Part shown: positions 19,854 through 30,625 of the stretch, in pieces
Layout of the letters: each line of letters opens with the position of its first letter
Numbering within the stretch: the first letter of the stretch is position 1
Assembly (NCBI GenBank): GCA_963724765.1
Contig: CAVRVY010000003.1
Coordinates: 672,001 to 736,000 of the forward strand
DNA: 64,000 bases
From: an uncultured delta proteobacterium
Lineage (GTDB): Bacteria; Desulfobacterota; Binatia; Binatales; Binataceae
Direction of reading: 5' to 3'
Notes under the pieces: generated by a model
Database searches by the model: none
What the model was told of the DNA's origin: nothing
The model's input: only the letters and a program-made list of their open reading frames with translations
Program-made: the position numbers and the translations under genes

Positions 19854-22090
19854 TTATTTAGGCGAATAGTGCTTTTTGTCCGGGCGCGACGGCGACGGCA
19901 GCGCGGGTGTGGGCGACGGCAGGCTCGCGGGCGGCAAGCTATAGCCGGTACTGCCCGCGATCAACGCGGCGAGGGTGTTGATCGCCGTCACGATCTCGAT
20001 GCCCACGCTCTGCAAAGTGCTGTCGCGTGCCTCATCGCCGCCCGCCGCAGTCGCGGTCGCGGGTGCGCCGCCCATTTCCGCACGCAACATCGGCGGGAGA
20101 TTGAAGCCCGAGAGATCGGCGTTGGCGACTCGCGCGGCATCACCTGCGGGAATAGCGGCCATCTCGGATGTGGGTCCGGTGACGGAGGAGGGCGAGATCT
20201 CGCCCGCGAACCGGTTGAGCAGGTTCGCTACGTTGCGGTCGGTGCTGGGAGCGATCGCGAGACGGCGGACCATCGCGGCTTCGGTTCGCTCGATGCCGCT
20301 GAAAGTAGAGAGCGCGGATGCACCAGTAGCACTGCGGGCCATCGCGTGCTCGGCGAGGGCCTTGGTGGCGTCCGGGATGTTCCCAGGGCCGTTCGCTTCG
20401 AGCTGCGACTTGAGCTTGAGATAAGCGGAAACGTCACCGCTCTCGGCGGCGGTGAGCAGCGAGCCCGTAAGCAGCTTGTCCGATGCGTCGCCGACCGGCC
20501 AGCCATACTGCTTTTCCAGGCTCTCTAACCCGTATAGTCCTTGCGACTGTGCTTGCTGGATCTCCGGGGCGACGGTGCTCTGTAAATACATTTTCGCGTT
20601 AGGGCCGGTGAGGCCCTGGGTCAAAATGCGGTCGGCCATTGCGGCCTTGTCGAGCCCGCTCATGCGCTTGAAGCGTCGATCGGTGTTGATCGATTGGAGC
20701 AATCGCGCCGCGCCAAGTGTCGTGTAGGCCGAGCCGACGCTTTGGACACCGAGTAAATCGGCGGGCTGGTTGGCGGCGGTGATTCCGGCGACGCCGGTGG
20801 CGATCGCGCCCGCGCCTTTGAACGCAGCGATGCCGCTGGCGCCGAGCAGCGCGGCCATGCTGGTGACGGTTTCGGCCGCTTTGCGTTCGTCCGCGGTGCC
20901 TAACTGCGATTGTGTTCTTAAGTAGTCGAGCGTGGCGCGCCCGACTTCGCCTTGCAGACCTTTTTGGCCGCCGCGCTCGACGCCTTTCGCGACGATATCG
21001 ATCATGCGCTCGGGATCGATGCCCAGCTTCCCAGCGGCACCACCGATGGCAGAGATGTCCTGATTCGATAGGCCGATGTCTGTGCCCAGCCGGGTGGCGC
21101 GGTACGCCTGCGCTTCGCTTACGTTCGACGCGCCGGCTACCTCGCGCATGCCGCCGGTGACATCGAGCGCGGATTCGCGTCCATCCCAAGCGCGCTGAAT
21201 CGCGAGCCGCGGGTGAAGCTGGAAAGTGGCCCACCACTTTCACCAAATTCGCGGGCGTATCGGTAGGCGCCGGTTTCGCGACCAGCTTCTTCTTGGGAGT
21301 AGCGGCGCGCGTCGAAGATTGCCAACGGCGAGGAAATGAGTCCTTCGGCGATGTCCGGGTGTTTAGCGATCTGATATGCGCCGTAAGCGCCGGCGGCGAG
21401 TGCACCGGCGGCGAGTACCGGGCTGAGCATCGATCCGCTCGCAGCTTCAGCACCTGCACCTGCGGCACCTCCGGCGAGGTCAGTTGCGGCACCTCCGCGG
21501 CACCTGCACCTTCTGCGGCGCCTCCACTGGCGAAGCGTCCGGCGCTGAAGGCGTTGACACCGCCCACGGCGCTGCGGAACGCGCCCGCGGGATTTCCGGC
21601 GAACGTCTGCGACGCGATACCGATGAGTGAGCGCCCGGCTATGGCGAGACGCTGCGCGATATCGATACCGCGTGCGGAGCTGCCGGCATCGCGGCGGCAG
21701 CTTCACTCTTGGCGCCAGTCTCTAGGCGGCCCACCGCGGAGGTTGCGGCGAACGCGCCGGTTAGGTTGCGCGCCTGTTGCTGGAGGAGTTGATCGACGCG
21801 GCCCTTTAGGGCGCTGCGCTCGGACGTGCCGGGCAGCGTGGCTTTGAGCGCGGTGCGGAGTTGCTTGATCTCTTGAGTGAGCGCGCGCTGCGATGAGACT
21901 AATTCGCGTTGAGCGTTCATTTCGGAGCGTGCGCCGGTCCCGGTGCCGCGAACGCGGCGGGCGCGGCGGTGCGCGTGCCGCCGAGCTTGTCGCTGACGAA
22001 ACTCGACGAGGGCGAGGAAGCGGTGAGGCGCTCGCGCTGCGCGCCGCCAGCGCTCGGGCTGATTTTGACTCGGATCGATTCGTCGGCCAT
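19854..22090 (-). pseudogene. Tape-measure-like Ala/Gly-rich protein, split by about 4 frame changes
   Basis: AAGGAG RBS and MADESIRVKIS start; coiled coil, Gly/Ala-rich hydrophobic segments and a long helical region continue across frames near 21920, 21645, 21480 and 21145. Confidence 0.55.
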
Positions 22091-22569
22091 CGGGTTTACT
22101 CCTTGTCGATTATCTCACAAGCCGCTGGTGGCGACCGTAAATCATCCTCGTCTAACACGAGAATGAAATCAGTCAAACCTTCCGCGTCGATTCAGATCGT
22201 CGCCCAGCAAGGCGCTGTCGTCGATGTGGTCCTGGCGATGGCGACGGTGATTGCGCGCGAGCTGGTGCGCGCGGTGATCGAGGCCGCACGAGGGGCAGCG
22301 CGATGAGATGAGGGGCGCATGTCCGCAGCGCCGACAGCGGTGCAGCGGGTTATTGGTTTTAAGCACCAACGTTTTGGCTGTCGGGCCACTGTGGAACTGC
22401 GCCGAGTCAGTCCACTGCGTCCATATTTATCCGTGCCCGGCGACCGCGGCGAACGCGGCGGCGAGGACGATGACGATGATCCCGAACTAGAACTAGATCG
22501 ATTACTCATTGCGATGATGATCCTCAGATATAAGTATACTTAGATTTACGGGTGTATTCGCAGGTTTAT

Positions 22570-22956
22570 TCAGTGATGCTTCGCATCACTGTAATAGAGG
22601 CCGCTCGGAGTTTTGCGCGTTTTCGGGGCTCGCTCGGAGTTTCGCGAGTTTTGAGGGGCGCATGGAGTTTTGCGGGCGCGTGCTTCGGCGTGCGCCCGGC
22701 GCCAGCACCCGACCGCCCAGGTTTGCGCCAAGTCGATCAGCGTGGCCAACGGGGTGGCGGCGCGCTGGCCACCACGAATCTCCAGGGAGAAAATTTCCCA
22801 TTCGTGCACACCGGCTTCGGCGGCGCGCCATGCGGCGCGGGCGTCGCGGAGGCCGATCAGCAAGTCGGCGATGTCGCGGTAATGGTCATCGTCAAAAATG
22901 AATTCAAATTTGGCCATAACGTTTAACCTCCGCCGCTCTGAGTAGGCGGTGCTCAC
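22570..22956 (-). CDS. Hypothetical protein
   Basis: Open frame with a 4-bp overlap to the upstream gene. Confidence 0.4.
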   Translation of the reverse strand: MSTAYSERRRLNVMAKFEFIFDDDHYRDIADLLIGLRDARAAWRAAEAGVHEWEIFSLEIRGGQRAATPLATLIDLAQTWAVGCWRRAHAEARARKTPCAPQNSRNSERAPKTRKTPSGLYYSDAKHH

Positions 22957-23315
22957 TGCGCTTCACCGGTCTTGGAGTCGATATTCACGATCTCACCTTC
23001 GGGCGTGATCATGTCGCCCGCGATCGCGACGTTGCGCTCGACGCCGCGCCGCCTCAAAGATGCGAAGTAGGCACTAGCCACGCGCGTCGCGTTTTCGCCT
23101 ACGAGTAAGGCGGCTAGGTGGCGGCAATCATCATCGTCGATTACGAACGCCAGCGTCACGTCGTTCTGCTTGGCGACGATGCGCGTGTAACCGGTCATGC
23201 CGCTGCGCTCGACGCGGATCGAGTGGATGTTGGTGGGGAACTTTACGATGCCATCCTCGATGTGCTTTGCCTTGACTGCATGGGGGTAAGGTTCGATGGC
23301 GTCTTTCAGTGGCAT
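22953..23315 (-). CDS. Hypothetical protein
   Basis: AGGAG RBS, protein-like composition, coupled to the downstream ORF. Confidence 0.5.
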   Translation of the reverse strand: MPLKDAIEPYPHAVKAKHIEDGIVKFPTNIHSIRVERSGMTGYTRIVAKQNDVTLAFVIDDDDCRHLAALLVGENATRVASAYFASLRRRGVERNVAIAGDMITPEGEIVNIDSKTGEAQ

Positions 23316-23606
23316 AAAAAATCTCCTCGGCGTGTGGAACCACGCACGCGATACGTGGAAACAATTGGCGCAGTTGCAATCGACCGTTCAGCGCGTCGCC
23401 GAACTCGAAGGGCGAGTGACCGAGCTGGAGACCCGTCTGAGGCGTTGCCCCGGCGTAGGCTGCCCAGCCTGCGGCGCGCTTGAGTGGCGCGCAGTGCGCG
23501 AAGAGTAGGGCGGGTTCTTGTACCTGGAATGACGAACGTCGGCGAGAGAGTCCGTCACATGAAATGCCGCGAATGCACCTACGAGGGTGAACTGCCCGTG
23601 CGCTAG
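23296..23606 (+). pseudogene. Coiled-coil/zinc-finger small protein, disrupted
   Basis: QRVAELEGRVTELE coiled coil and CPACG, then stop codons before a second CREC pair. Confidence 0.4.
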
Positions 23607-23657
23607 AAACAACCGTGCGCCCCGCGCACGCGCTCCTTATTAGTCGGGGTTGATCGT

Positions 23658-24005
23658 CCGCCAGCATTTGACCCACTCCAACCCTCTCTCTCCCAACTAC
23701 TTCATACACACGATTCTGGCGGTCCTTCTCTCCCAATAGCCGCCAGAATTGATCGCGACTATCTCCTTGTGTGCGTATGGGCGCCGGAATCGCGATTCTG
23801 GCGGTCCTTGTAGCGCAACAAACGTCAAAATCGAGTGATTGATGGCGTCGAATAGGCCGCCAGAATCGCCCTCTCGCCAAGTCCTTCTCGTACAGGCGTT
23901 GTTGATGCGTCGTTTCCTGCGGCTTAACGGCCCCAATAGCCGCCAGAATCGGCATTGTCAGGCGCCTTCTCCGCGTTGGGTTTTCCGCATGTGAAATGCT
24001 GGCGG
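23658..24005. repeat. Iteron-like array, putative replication origin
   Basis: CCGCCAG(A/C)AT at 23658, 23740, 23857, 23940 (+) and 23713, 23795, 23996 (-), plus a variant at 23781; lies just downstream of the AAA ATPase gene. Confidence 0.7.
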
Positions 24006-24059
24006 AGGATTCTGAGATATATATAGAAGCGGCGGTTTCGCGCGTCATTTCGCAGCCCA

Positions 24060-25181
24060 TCAGGGTGCGACACCGGCCCCGTCGCCGCTGGCGTCGGGCA
24101 GCGGCAACAGGACGATAGGATCGCCCTTTCGGCCGCTTCCCGCTTGCAGCCAATGAACCCCCAGGTTCTTGTCGAGGAGGTCGCGCGCCATGTCGCGCGG
24201 GATACCGGCGTTGACCAGAGCCAACTCGGCCTCTTCGCGCTTGCGGGCGGGCGACGATGCTGGCGTCATTGGCGATGATTCGCTTAAGTTCGCAGATCGC
24301 GACGGCGATAGCTTCCTGATTCGCCTCGACCGCCTCACCGCGGATGCGCGTCAGATCGGCTTCGATCTCGCCGGTTACGTCGCGACAGGACCACGGCGCT
24401 TCATCAGGGAGCTTTATCTCGACGCACCACGGATCGGGCTCAGGGCCTGCGTTCTTCGCCACTTTGATGGGATGAAGGCTAGGCGGTAGGTAGTACGCTT
24501 GCCGCGGCGCTTGGCGTTGCTCGCCCACTCTCGATCGTTCGCATCGGGCAGCGCGTCCCACCAGGATTCATACTTTGAATCGAGCCGCAAGTCGGTGGCG
24601 TCTCGCATTTCATAGACCCCGTCGAGGCGATCGACGATGACCCCGGAGCCCCGGATCGCCTCGCCGTCGCGACGGGTATTGAACAGCACGAGAATCCCGG
24701 GCCCCTTGCGTCCGAGATCCAACAGCGAGGCCAGGGCGGGCGCCATGTCCTCGGCCTGCCTCTCGTCGCTGCTCTCCGTCGAACTTCCGAAGGCGTCGAG
24801 GAAGACCGCCGCGTAGTTCTTGAATGGGAAATCCGCCCAGGCGCGTTGATCGGTGAGCGGCGGTGCTTTGTCGCGAGTCAGGATGTTGAGCCAGGGTGCG
24901 TCTGCCCCGGCCCATTGGCGCAACCGGCGCCGCGTCTCGGTGGGCGGGTTGTCGCGGTCCACTAGCATCACATGCTGCTGCGTCACCACTTCACCACGAA
25001 AAATTGCGCCCGTGGCGAGTTGAACAGCCAGGTGATGAATAAGGTGGCTTTTCCCCAGGCCGCGGGGCGACGCGATGCCGATGACGGCGTGGGGCGCGAG
25101 CAGGTTGCGCGCCATCCACTCGGGCTCGTTGTCGATCTGCTGTAGGAATAGCGGCGCTGAGATGACTTCGGCCCAACTCAT
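24060..25181 (-). pseudogene. RepA/DnaB-like AAA ATPase (replication helicase), two apparent frameshifts
   Basis: Walker A SPRGLGKS, VDRDN, Walker B VFLD, IRGSG; the C-terminal part continues in other frames after ~24460 and ~24250. Confidence 0.72.
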
Positions 25182-25420
25182 TCGGTCACCTCGCGCTTAG
25201 GCGCGCCGGCCAGCGAATCGGCTACGGCGGGACTTTCGAGGATCATCGCCGCGAATTTTCTGAGGCGTCTCGCAAGATCGGCAGGATCGCGCGTCTCGAA
25301 CTCGAAGCTCGCACCGATGAGGCTAGGGTCCGGGTGAAAGTGGATCGCGAAAAAGTGCTCGCCGGGCTTGGGCCTCAAGCATGCGACTAGGAAACGGTGC
25401 TTCGTCGGCCGGTCGCTCAT
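25178..25420 (-). CDS. Hypothetical protein
   Basis: ATGA-type overlaps with both neighbours. Confidence 0.55.
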   Translation of the reverse strand: MSDRPTKHRFLVACLRPKPGEHFFAIHFHPDPSLIGASFEFETRDPADLARRLRKFAAMILESPAVADSLAGAPKREVTE

Positions 25421-25662
25421 CGCTCTGCTCCGGCGCGCACTTCCATCACCCAGTCCGAGGTCAAACGCGTAAATTCCTCGACGCTATAAATCGCGTTCGT
25501 GCGTGTATCGACGATGCACTCCGGGTGCCTCACGTAGACGAAGCATGTATTCATTCGATGCAAGAGGGATTCGAGAGTGGGTAAGCCAGGTAGGGCATCT
25601 CTGTATAGATCGCTAAAGTCAGGACGCGCGATTTCTCGGGGCGCTAGTGATAGTCGTGACAT
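25417..25662 (-). CDS. Hypothetical protein
   Basis: TGATG overlap upstream and ATGA overlap downstream. Confidence 0.55.
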   Translation of the reverse strand: MSRLSLAPREIARPDFSDLYRDALPGLPTLESLLHRMNTCFVYVRHPECIVDTRTNAIYSVEEFTRLTSDWVMEVRAGAER

Positions 25663-26192
25663 CAGAACGCCCTGATGCGCGCCGGGCGCTGCTGACGCAC
25701 GCAAGTGTCGCATTCACACTCGCGCCACATGCCCCGGCGTGCATGCTCGGCGTCCGCCGCGAATTGAGGATTGCGATGGCAGTAGTCGAGGACCGCTTTC
25801 GCGACTTCCAGCGATGGCCGCAACTCGTAGGACTGAAACGGCTTGTGATAGGGGTGGCCGCAGTGCGCGATCCGCGGGCCGAAGAGGCTACCGCCGTGAT
25901 GGTGAATTTTTCGGCAGTAGGGACAGCGCAGGATCAACTCGTGATCAGACCACGCGATGACCGGCGTCCGAAAGGGTTTAGGCCACGCGATCACGATCGG
26001 AAGTCGTTCATCGTCCGCGTCGCTGGAATCGAGATTGGCAGCGTCGGGCCGGCCGTTCGGTGCGGTCGCCTCAGCCTCAGCGGGGGGTATTTGTCCGTTT
26101 CGTGCTTGTGTTAGAGTCTGCATTACATCTCCGTGGTGGTGATGGCGATTGCCTCGATTTCGTTGGAGCGGGTCGAGGCTTTCGCGTTTCAA
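25662..26192 (-). CDS. Hypothetical protein with a Cys/His zinc motif
   Basis: CPYCRKIHHHG...AHC and a terminal CECDTC. Confidence 0.55.
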   Translation of the reverse strand: MKRESLDPLQRNRGNRHHHHGDVMQTLTQARNGQIPPAEAEATAPNGRPDAANLDSSDADDERLPIVIAWPKPFRTPVIAWSDHELILRCPYCRKIHHHGGSLFGPRIAHCGHPYHKPFQSYELRPSLEVAKAVLDYCHRNPQFAADAEHARRGMWRECECDTCVRQQRPARIRAF

Positions 26193-26194
26193 AG

Positions 26195-26395
26195 CTAGGC
26201 CGCGTGCTGCGGCTCTTGTTGGGGATCGATCGTGTGCGCGAGCTGGAACCTCTCCAGCGCAGCGCGACGGTAGACAACCCGCTTCCCAAGCTTCACGTAA
26301 CTCGGACCGCGGCCTTCCATACGCCAGACCGCCAACGTGCCGGGGCGCAGACCCAGGAAAACCGCAGCTTGTTTCGTATCTAGGATCTCTCCCAT
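26195..26395 (-). CDS. AlpA/excisionase-type HTH regulator
   Basis: LDTKQAAVFLGL..GTL..WR..GRGPSYVKLGKRVVY; AAGGAG RBS; first gene of the replication operon. Confidence 0.85.
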   Translation of the reverse strand: MGEILDTKQAAVFLGLRPGTLAVWRMEGRGPSYVKLGKRVVYRRAALERFQLAHTIDPQQEPQHAA

Positions 26396-26477
26396 CTGAT
26401 GCTCCTTCTCGATGTTGCTGATCGCGCGTGTACTGCCCATTTCACTACCTCTCATGCTACATTGTAGTTGGTAGACA

Positions 26478-27431
26478 ATGATGACTAACCATCCCGAATC
26501 GACCCGGACTACCAGCTTGAAGGAATTAAAAAACGACGAAGCTGGTAGTTCTCCGAGCCGGCAGCCGGGCCGAAGGACGCCACGCCCCGCGATAGTTTCA
26601 TGGCCGACAGTCTGCTGCGCGCTGGAACGCTACGATCCGGATGCGTTTGAACGGCTGGCTTCGGCGACGGGCGCATCTTTGTCGCCGCTCAATCGGATCG
26701 TCTACGTTACCCTTCACTGGCCCGACGGGTTCGGCGGCCCCTTTAGCCAGTCGCTTATCCGCAAGCTCGCCCGCGAGAGAAACGAACGCCTAACCGGCGA
26801 CGCGCTTACTACGCTTACGGGAGCACAGCGCCGCAACCGGCTGGCAGCGCTCAAGGCTTTCATCGAAGCCGCAAACTGGATCGGGCGCGATGGGCTACCG
26901 TCGTTTGAGGGCGATTATCTTAAAGTCAAAAGTGAACTGAGCGAGCGGCGAATCCGCTGGCCCGCTTCCGGTGCCGAGGAGTCTGAACGCATGCACTTTT
27001 ACGAGAGCTTCGCGCGAAGCGCCGGATTCGCGGATATGCTCAAAGCTTCCAAGGCGCGGGCGGAAAAGCCCGACGCCGAACCGCTGCGTCCGGCCCTGGC
27101 GCATTTCATCGAAAGCGACAGGCCCGACGCCTGGCGGCTCTATAGCTTACTGCGCAGGATTGGCCTGACTATCCACACAGCCGCTCACGAACATCGCGTC
27201 GCACAAGACGAGGACGACGAAGCGCCGTGCGGGTGGCCGGGAGACACGTGGATCGAGCGAGCTTATGCGACACTGCGAATGATCCTTGAGGACTTGGACG
27301 ATGGTGGCCTCCAGCGCATGCGAGTGTGCCGGAATCCACGTTGCCGTCGCTACTTTTATGCGCTAAAGAAGCACCAGCTGTCATGCTCTACTAAATGCAC
27401 CAACCGCCGTAATCACAAGAGATCGTCATAG
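26478..27431 (+). CDS. CGNR-type zinc-finger domain protein
   Basis: C-terminal RVCRNPRCRRYFY......SCSTKCTNR; divergent from the AlpA-like gene; start uncertain. Confidence 0.7.
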   Translation: MMTNHPESTRTTSLKELKNDEAGSSPSRQPGRRTPRPAIVSWPTVCCALERYDPDAFERLASATGASLSPLNRIVYVTLHWPDGFGGPFSQSLIRKLARERNERLTGDALTTLTGAQRRNRLAALKAFIEAANWIGRDGLPSFEGDYLKVKSELSERRIRWPASGAEESERMHFYESFARSAGFADMLKASKARAEKPDAEPLRPALAHFIESDRPDAWRLYSLLRRIGLTIHTAAHEHRVAQDEDDEAPCGWPGDTWIERAYATLRMILEDLDDGGLQRMRVCRNPRCRRYFYALKKHQLSCSTKCTNRRNHKRSS

Positions 27432-27477
27432 CGAGCGGCGCGCTGCGCGATGGGAAAAACCCCAGAACGCCAGGCCG

Positions 27478-29321
27478 GTGACAGCGGCCGAGGGGATAAG
27501 AATGGTGCTGCGCAGGAGATGGAATGCACTTGTTGCGGCGGTTCTCCTCTTCGAGATAATAGCGACTGCCGTCAGTGCTGAGGCCGCGTGTTGGGCTTCA
27601 AATCCGACAGGTGAGAGAACCTGCCGTAACTTCTACAGTGAGCACGGCCCCACCGCTGTTAGGTTATGCGAGGACCAGCCGGACGACTGCCTAAAGCTCG
27701 GCTACACCTTAGCTGCGCGGCCGACACGCCACACAACGGCACACGCGCACCATAGGCGCGTTCTTGACAGCGACAAGCCTGCAAAGGTGGCACCTGAGCC
27801 CGGCGTGGAAGCCAGTTCTCGGGCCACCGCAGAACCACAAGAGACGCCTTCAGGTTTCGGGTTCTTTCTCTTCCTCGGGGTCGCCACCATCGTCGCGCTT
27901 CCGATCAGTGTCTTCGTTTGGTGGGGGAATAGGTCAAGGGAGATCGCAGTTAACCTGATCAGCCATAACGCTGCCAAGCTGGCAGTGGCGCGCAACGAGG
28001 AACTGTATGGCCTCTGGTCCGACACGATCCCTGACGAGGACGAACTTGAGAAGCGGCGTGACGCTTATCCCGGGCAAGAGCCGAGCCTGAGCCGTTCGTT
28101 CCAGATCGACTTTACTGAGCTGGCTGAACTCCCAGAGAGCATCAAGCTCAACATGGATTACTCCAGGCCGGCGGTTGACGGACCAACTGGGCAGGAGAGC
28201 TGGAGCGAGCGGAAGATGGGCTTCCTGCTCTACGAATTGTCGCCGTCGTTACCCGGTCCAAAATGGCTCTCTCTCAAAATTGATGGTTTGTCAGGAGTGA
28301 TCGACCGCGAGGCCGACGCCTACCTCGCCCGCAAACATTCCGAATTCCATCCAGTCGTGTTTCTGAATGCGATCCATGCCGCGACGAGCTTTCAACTGGC
28401 CTGCGAGATGAGCAGGTGGTTCATCCGACGGCACGCGCGCAACCTCGCCATCCGCCGTTCACAGCTCATCAGTAAAGACATTTATGGTGTCGTCGATAGT
28501 ACAAAGTGGCAACGCGAAAAAGCGTACTTCTTCTCCAAAGTCAATGCTGCCCGACTTAGGCTTCGTGGATAAGCCAAACGATGAGCCGAGCTGGGAATCC
28601 AAGGTTGCGCTGGAGGAAGCCTGGGCGGACGACAACATGCCGATCGATTCGTGGGTTGACCTTGAGTACAAGGATTCCGATCGGTTGTCGAATCTGCTTA
28701 ATGAAGTTTTGCGACAGACGAGCGATAAGCAAGTGCATTACGGTTGGAGCGATTTATTCCCGTTTCAGTGTCGCCGCCTACTGATTACGGAGATGGTGTT
28801 GCCTCGGTTAAGCGATCTCGTATCGGATTGGATTGAAGCGGCAGTTGCTGCTTTGGCCCTACCTGTTGACGGCGAAGAACCCTCGATTGAAGGGGCTTCC
28901 GGGTCTGAGTATGAAGAGCACTGCGCCGAGATCCTACGCACTGCCGGATGGGAAACGAGAAGTACGCCCAAGTCCGGCGATCAGGGAGTGGACATAATCG
29001 CTGAACGCGACGGCATCCGCATCGCGATCCAATGCAAGAACTACAAGCAGCCCGTGGGCAACAAGGCCGTGCAGGAGGTCTTGGCGGGCAAAGTCCTACG
29101 AGCACACGGATCTGGCCGTTGTAGTCAGCCCTGCGCCTTACACTCCGGCAGCGAGAGAGCTGGCATCAGCAACCGGCGTGCTGCTGCTGCACCACCAGGA
29201 ATTATCCGGTCTCGCCACACGCATCCAGAACGACCCGCCAGCAACAACGGAAAGTAGGGATTCGGACGTGCGGCGCGGCAGGATAGTGCGGATCAGTCAG
29301 TTCAAAAAGAATCGATCCTAA
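27478..29321 (+). pseudogene. Membrane-anchored Mrr-like restriction endonuclease, frameshifted near 28545 and 29093
   Basis: Signal-like N-terminus and a TM helix; EYEE.CAEIL...GW......SGDQGVDIIAE...IAIQCK.Y..PVGNKAVQEV, then AVVVS...YT.AA.ELA..TGVLLL in the next frame. Confidence 0.75.
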
Positions 29322-29355
29322 CTGATCAGTAAAGCGCCGGAAGGAGAAAGTGTCG

Positions 29356-29514
29356 ATGGATTCAGCCGTAATCGTACTCGTTATCGCGATTGTCGTCTTT
29401 CTCATATTCCGCGAAGTGTGGTGCTGGTATTGGAAAATGAACGAAGCGATCAAATTGCTCCAAAGCATCGATGAGTCTTTGAAGCAACTTCCGGCCGTCG
29501 CACGAAACAGGTGA
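29356..29514 (+). CDS. Small single-TM protein (52 aa)
   Basis: AAGGAG upstream; MDSAVIVLVIAIVVFLIFREVWCWYWKMNEAIKLLQSIDESLKQLPAVARNR. Confidence 0.65.
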   Translation: MDSAVIVLVIAIVVFLIFREVWCWYWKMNEAIKLLQSIDESLKQLPAVARNR

Positions 29515-29586
29515 AGCGCGGCTTGAGGGATGTTCTGCAAAATCTGGCGCTGAATACCGTGTCACTGGCTCGACATGAACGAGTGA

Positions 29587-30385
29587 GTGATGGCCAAGAG
29601 AGGCAAAACCAAAATGACGGCCCGGTTGATTGCGACCATTCAGACGAAGGGGATCCCAGCGTTCGCGGTTCTTTTTGCGTTGGCTCTACTGTCTGGGTGC
29701 GAGAGCCGTCACGCTCAGCCGGCGCCGGCTTCCCTGCCATCGACCGAAGCTCCACACGCGAAGGTTTCGCACGAACCCGTTGCGGCGGTGGCGCCCAAAC
29801 CGGAAACGCCGATGCCCGGAGTCTGAAGTGCAGTTCTGCCAGGCGGTTGCCGCCGCAAGTAGGGCTTTCGCGGCAGCGTCATCCGAATCCAACGGCTTCA
29901 AGGCGGAGGCCATGAGAGAGGCGGCCATGCGCGAGTTCGTAGGAGATACAACGCCGCTAAGAAGCAGGGCTTACAACTGGATCGGCAAGGTCGACGTTTT
30001 GAATTTTGCTAAGTCGGAGTTTTTTGGAGACGACGCGGCGCAGCTTACGGTGCGCATTCCTTGTCCAACCGAAGCCGCTGTTGAAGTGGGTTCGCCGCCA
30101 CCCGTCGAAGAAGGCGAAGGCAGCCTCGCGTCCGTGATCAGATCGGTCCAACCTCGCCTGTATGCCAAGCTCGCCGACTTCGACCCCGGCGATCTCGTGT
30201 ACTTTGCTGGGACGTTTAACGGGATCACCGAAATAGCAGACTATTCAAACATGGACCTAGAGAGTCTGCCGCGCATGATCGACACCGGCGTGTTCTGGCT
30301 CGACTTCACAGACATGTCCAAGTCTCCGCTTCCCACGAAGCGGCGCATCGGGCGTAAAGAAACGCGGACGCGGCGCACCGAATAG
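29587..30385 (+). pseudogene. Lipoprotein, frameshifted near 29815
   Basis: Lipobox LLSGC and a Pro/Ala linker; the globular part is in another frame. Confidence 0.55.
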
Positions 30386-30426
30386 AGGAAATGTAAACTA
30401 ACGGGACCGCCGTCGGGACAATTCGG

Positions 30427-30558
30427 ATGTTCTGCAAAAAATGTGGGGTTGAGAATCGACAGGCAGCGAAGTTCTGCGATCACTGCGGCGCGCCGATGGG
30501 CTCCGCGCACATCTTGCAATACGCCGCGTGGGCGACGTTCGCTATTCCGCATCGTTGA
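30427..30558 (+). pseudogene. Zinc-ribbon domain stub
   Basis: MFCKKCGVEN...AKFCDHCGA, then an early stop. Confidence 0.6.
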
Positions 30559-30625
30559 CAGTACATGGTAATCGACCTCCTTCATTGTTGGTATAGAGTT
30601 CGGGCGCGCGTCGTAATCGTGCGGC

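Noticed and set aside
22531-22542. Palindrome TAAGTATACTTA
   Set aside because: Single occurrence with no convincing downstream gene
23658-24005. CRISPR array
   Set aside because: Repeats are only 10-18 bp, in mixed orientation and irregularly spaced, with no cas genes nearby
23131-24561. 476-aa ORF as a single gene
   Set aside because: Only ~24250-24460 looks real (the frameshifted continuation of the ATPase); the rest crosses the iteron region
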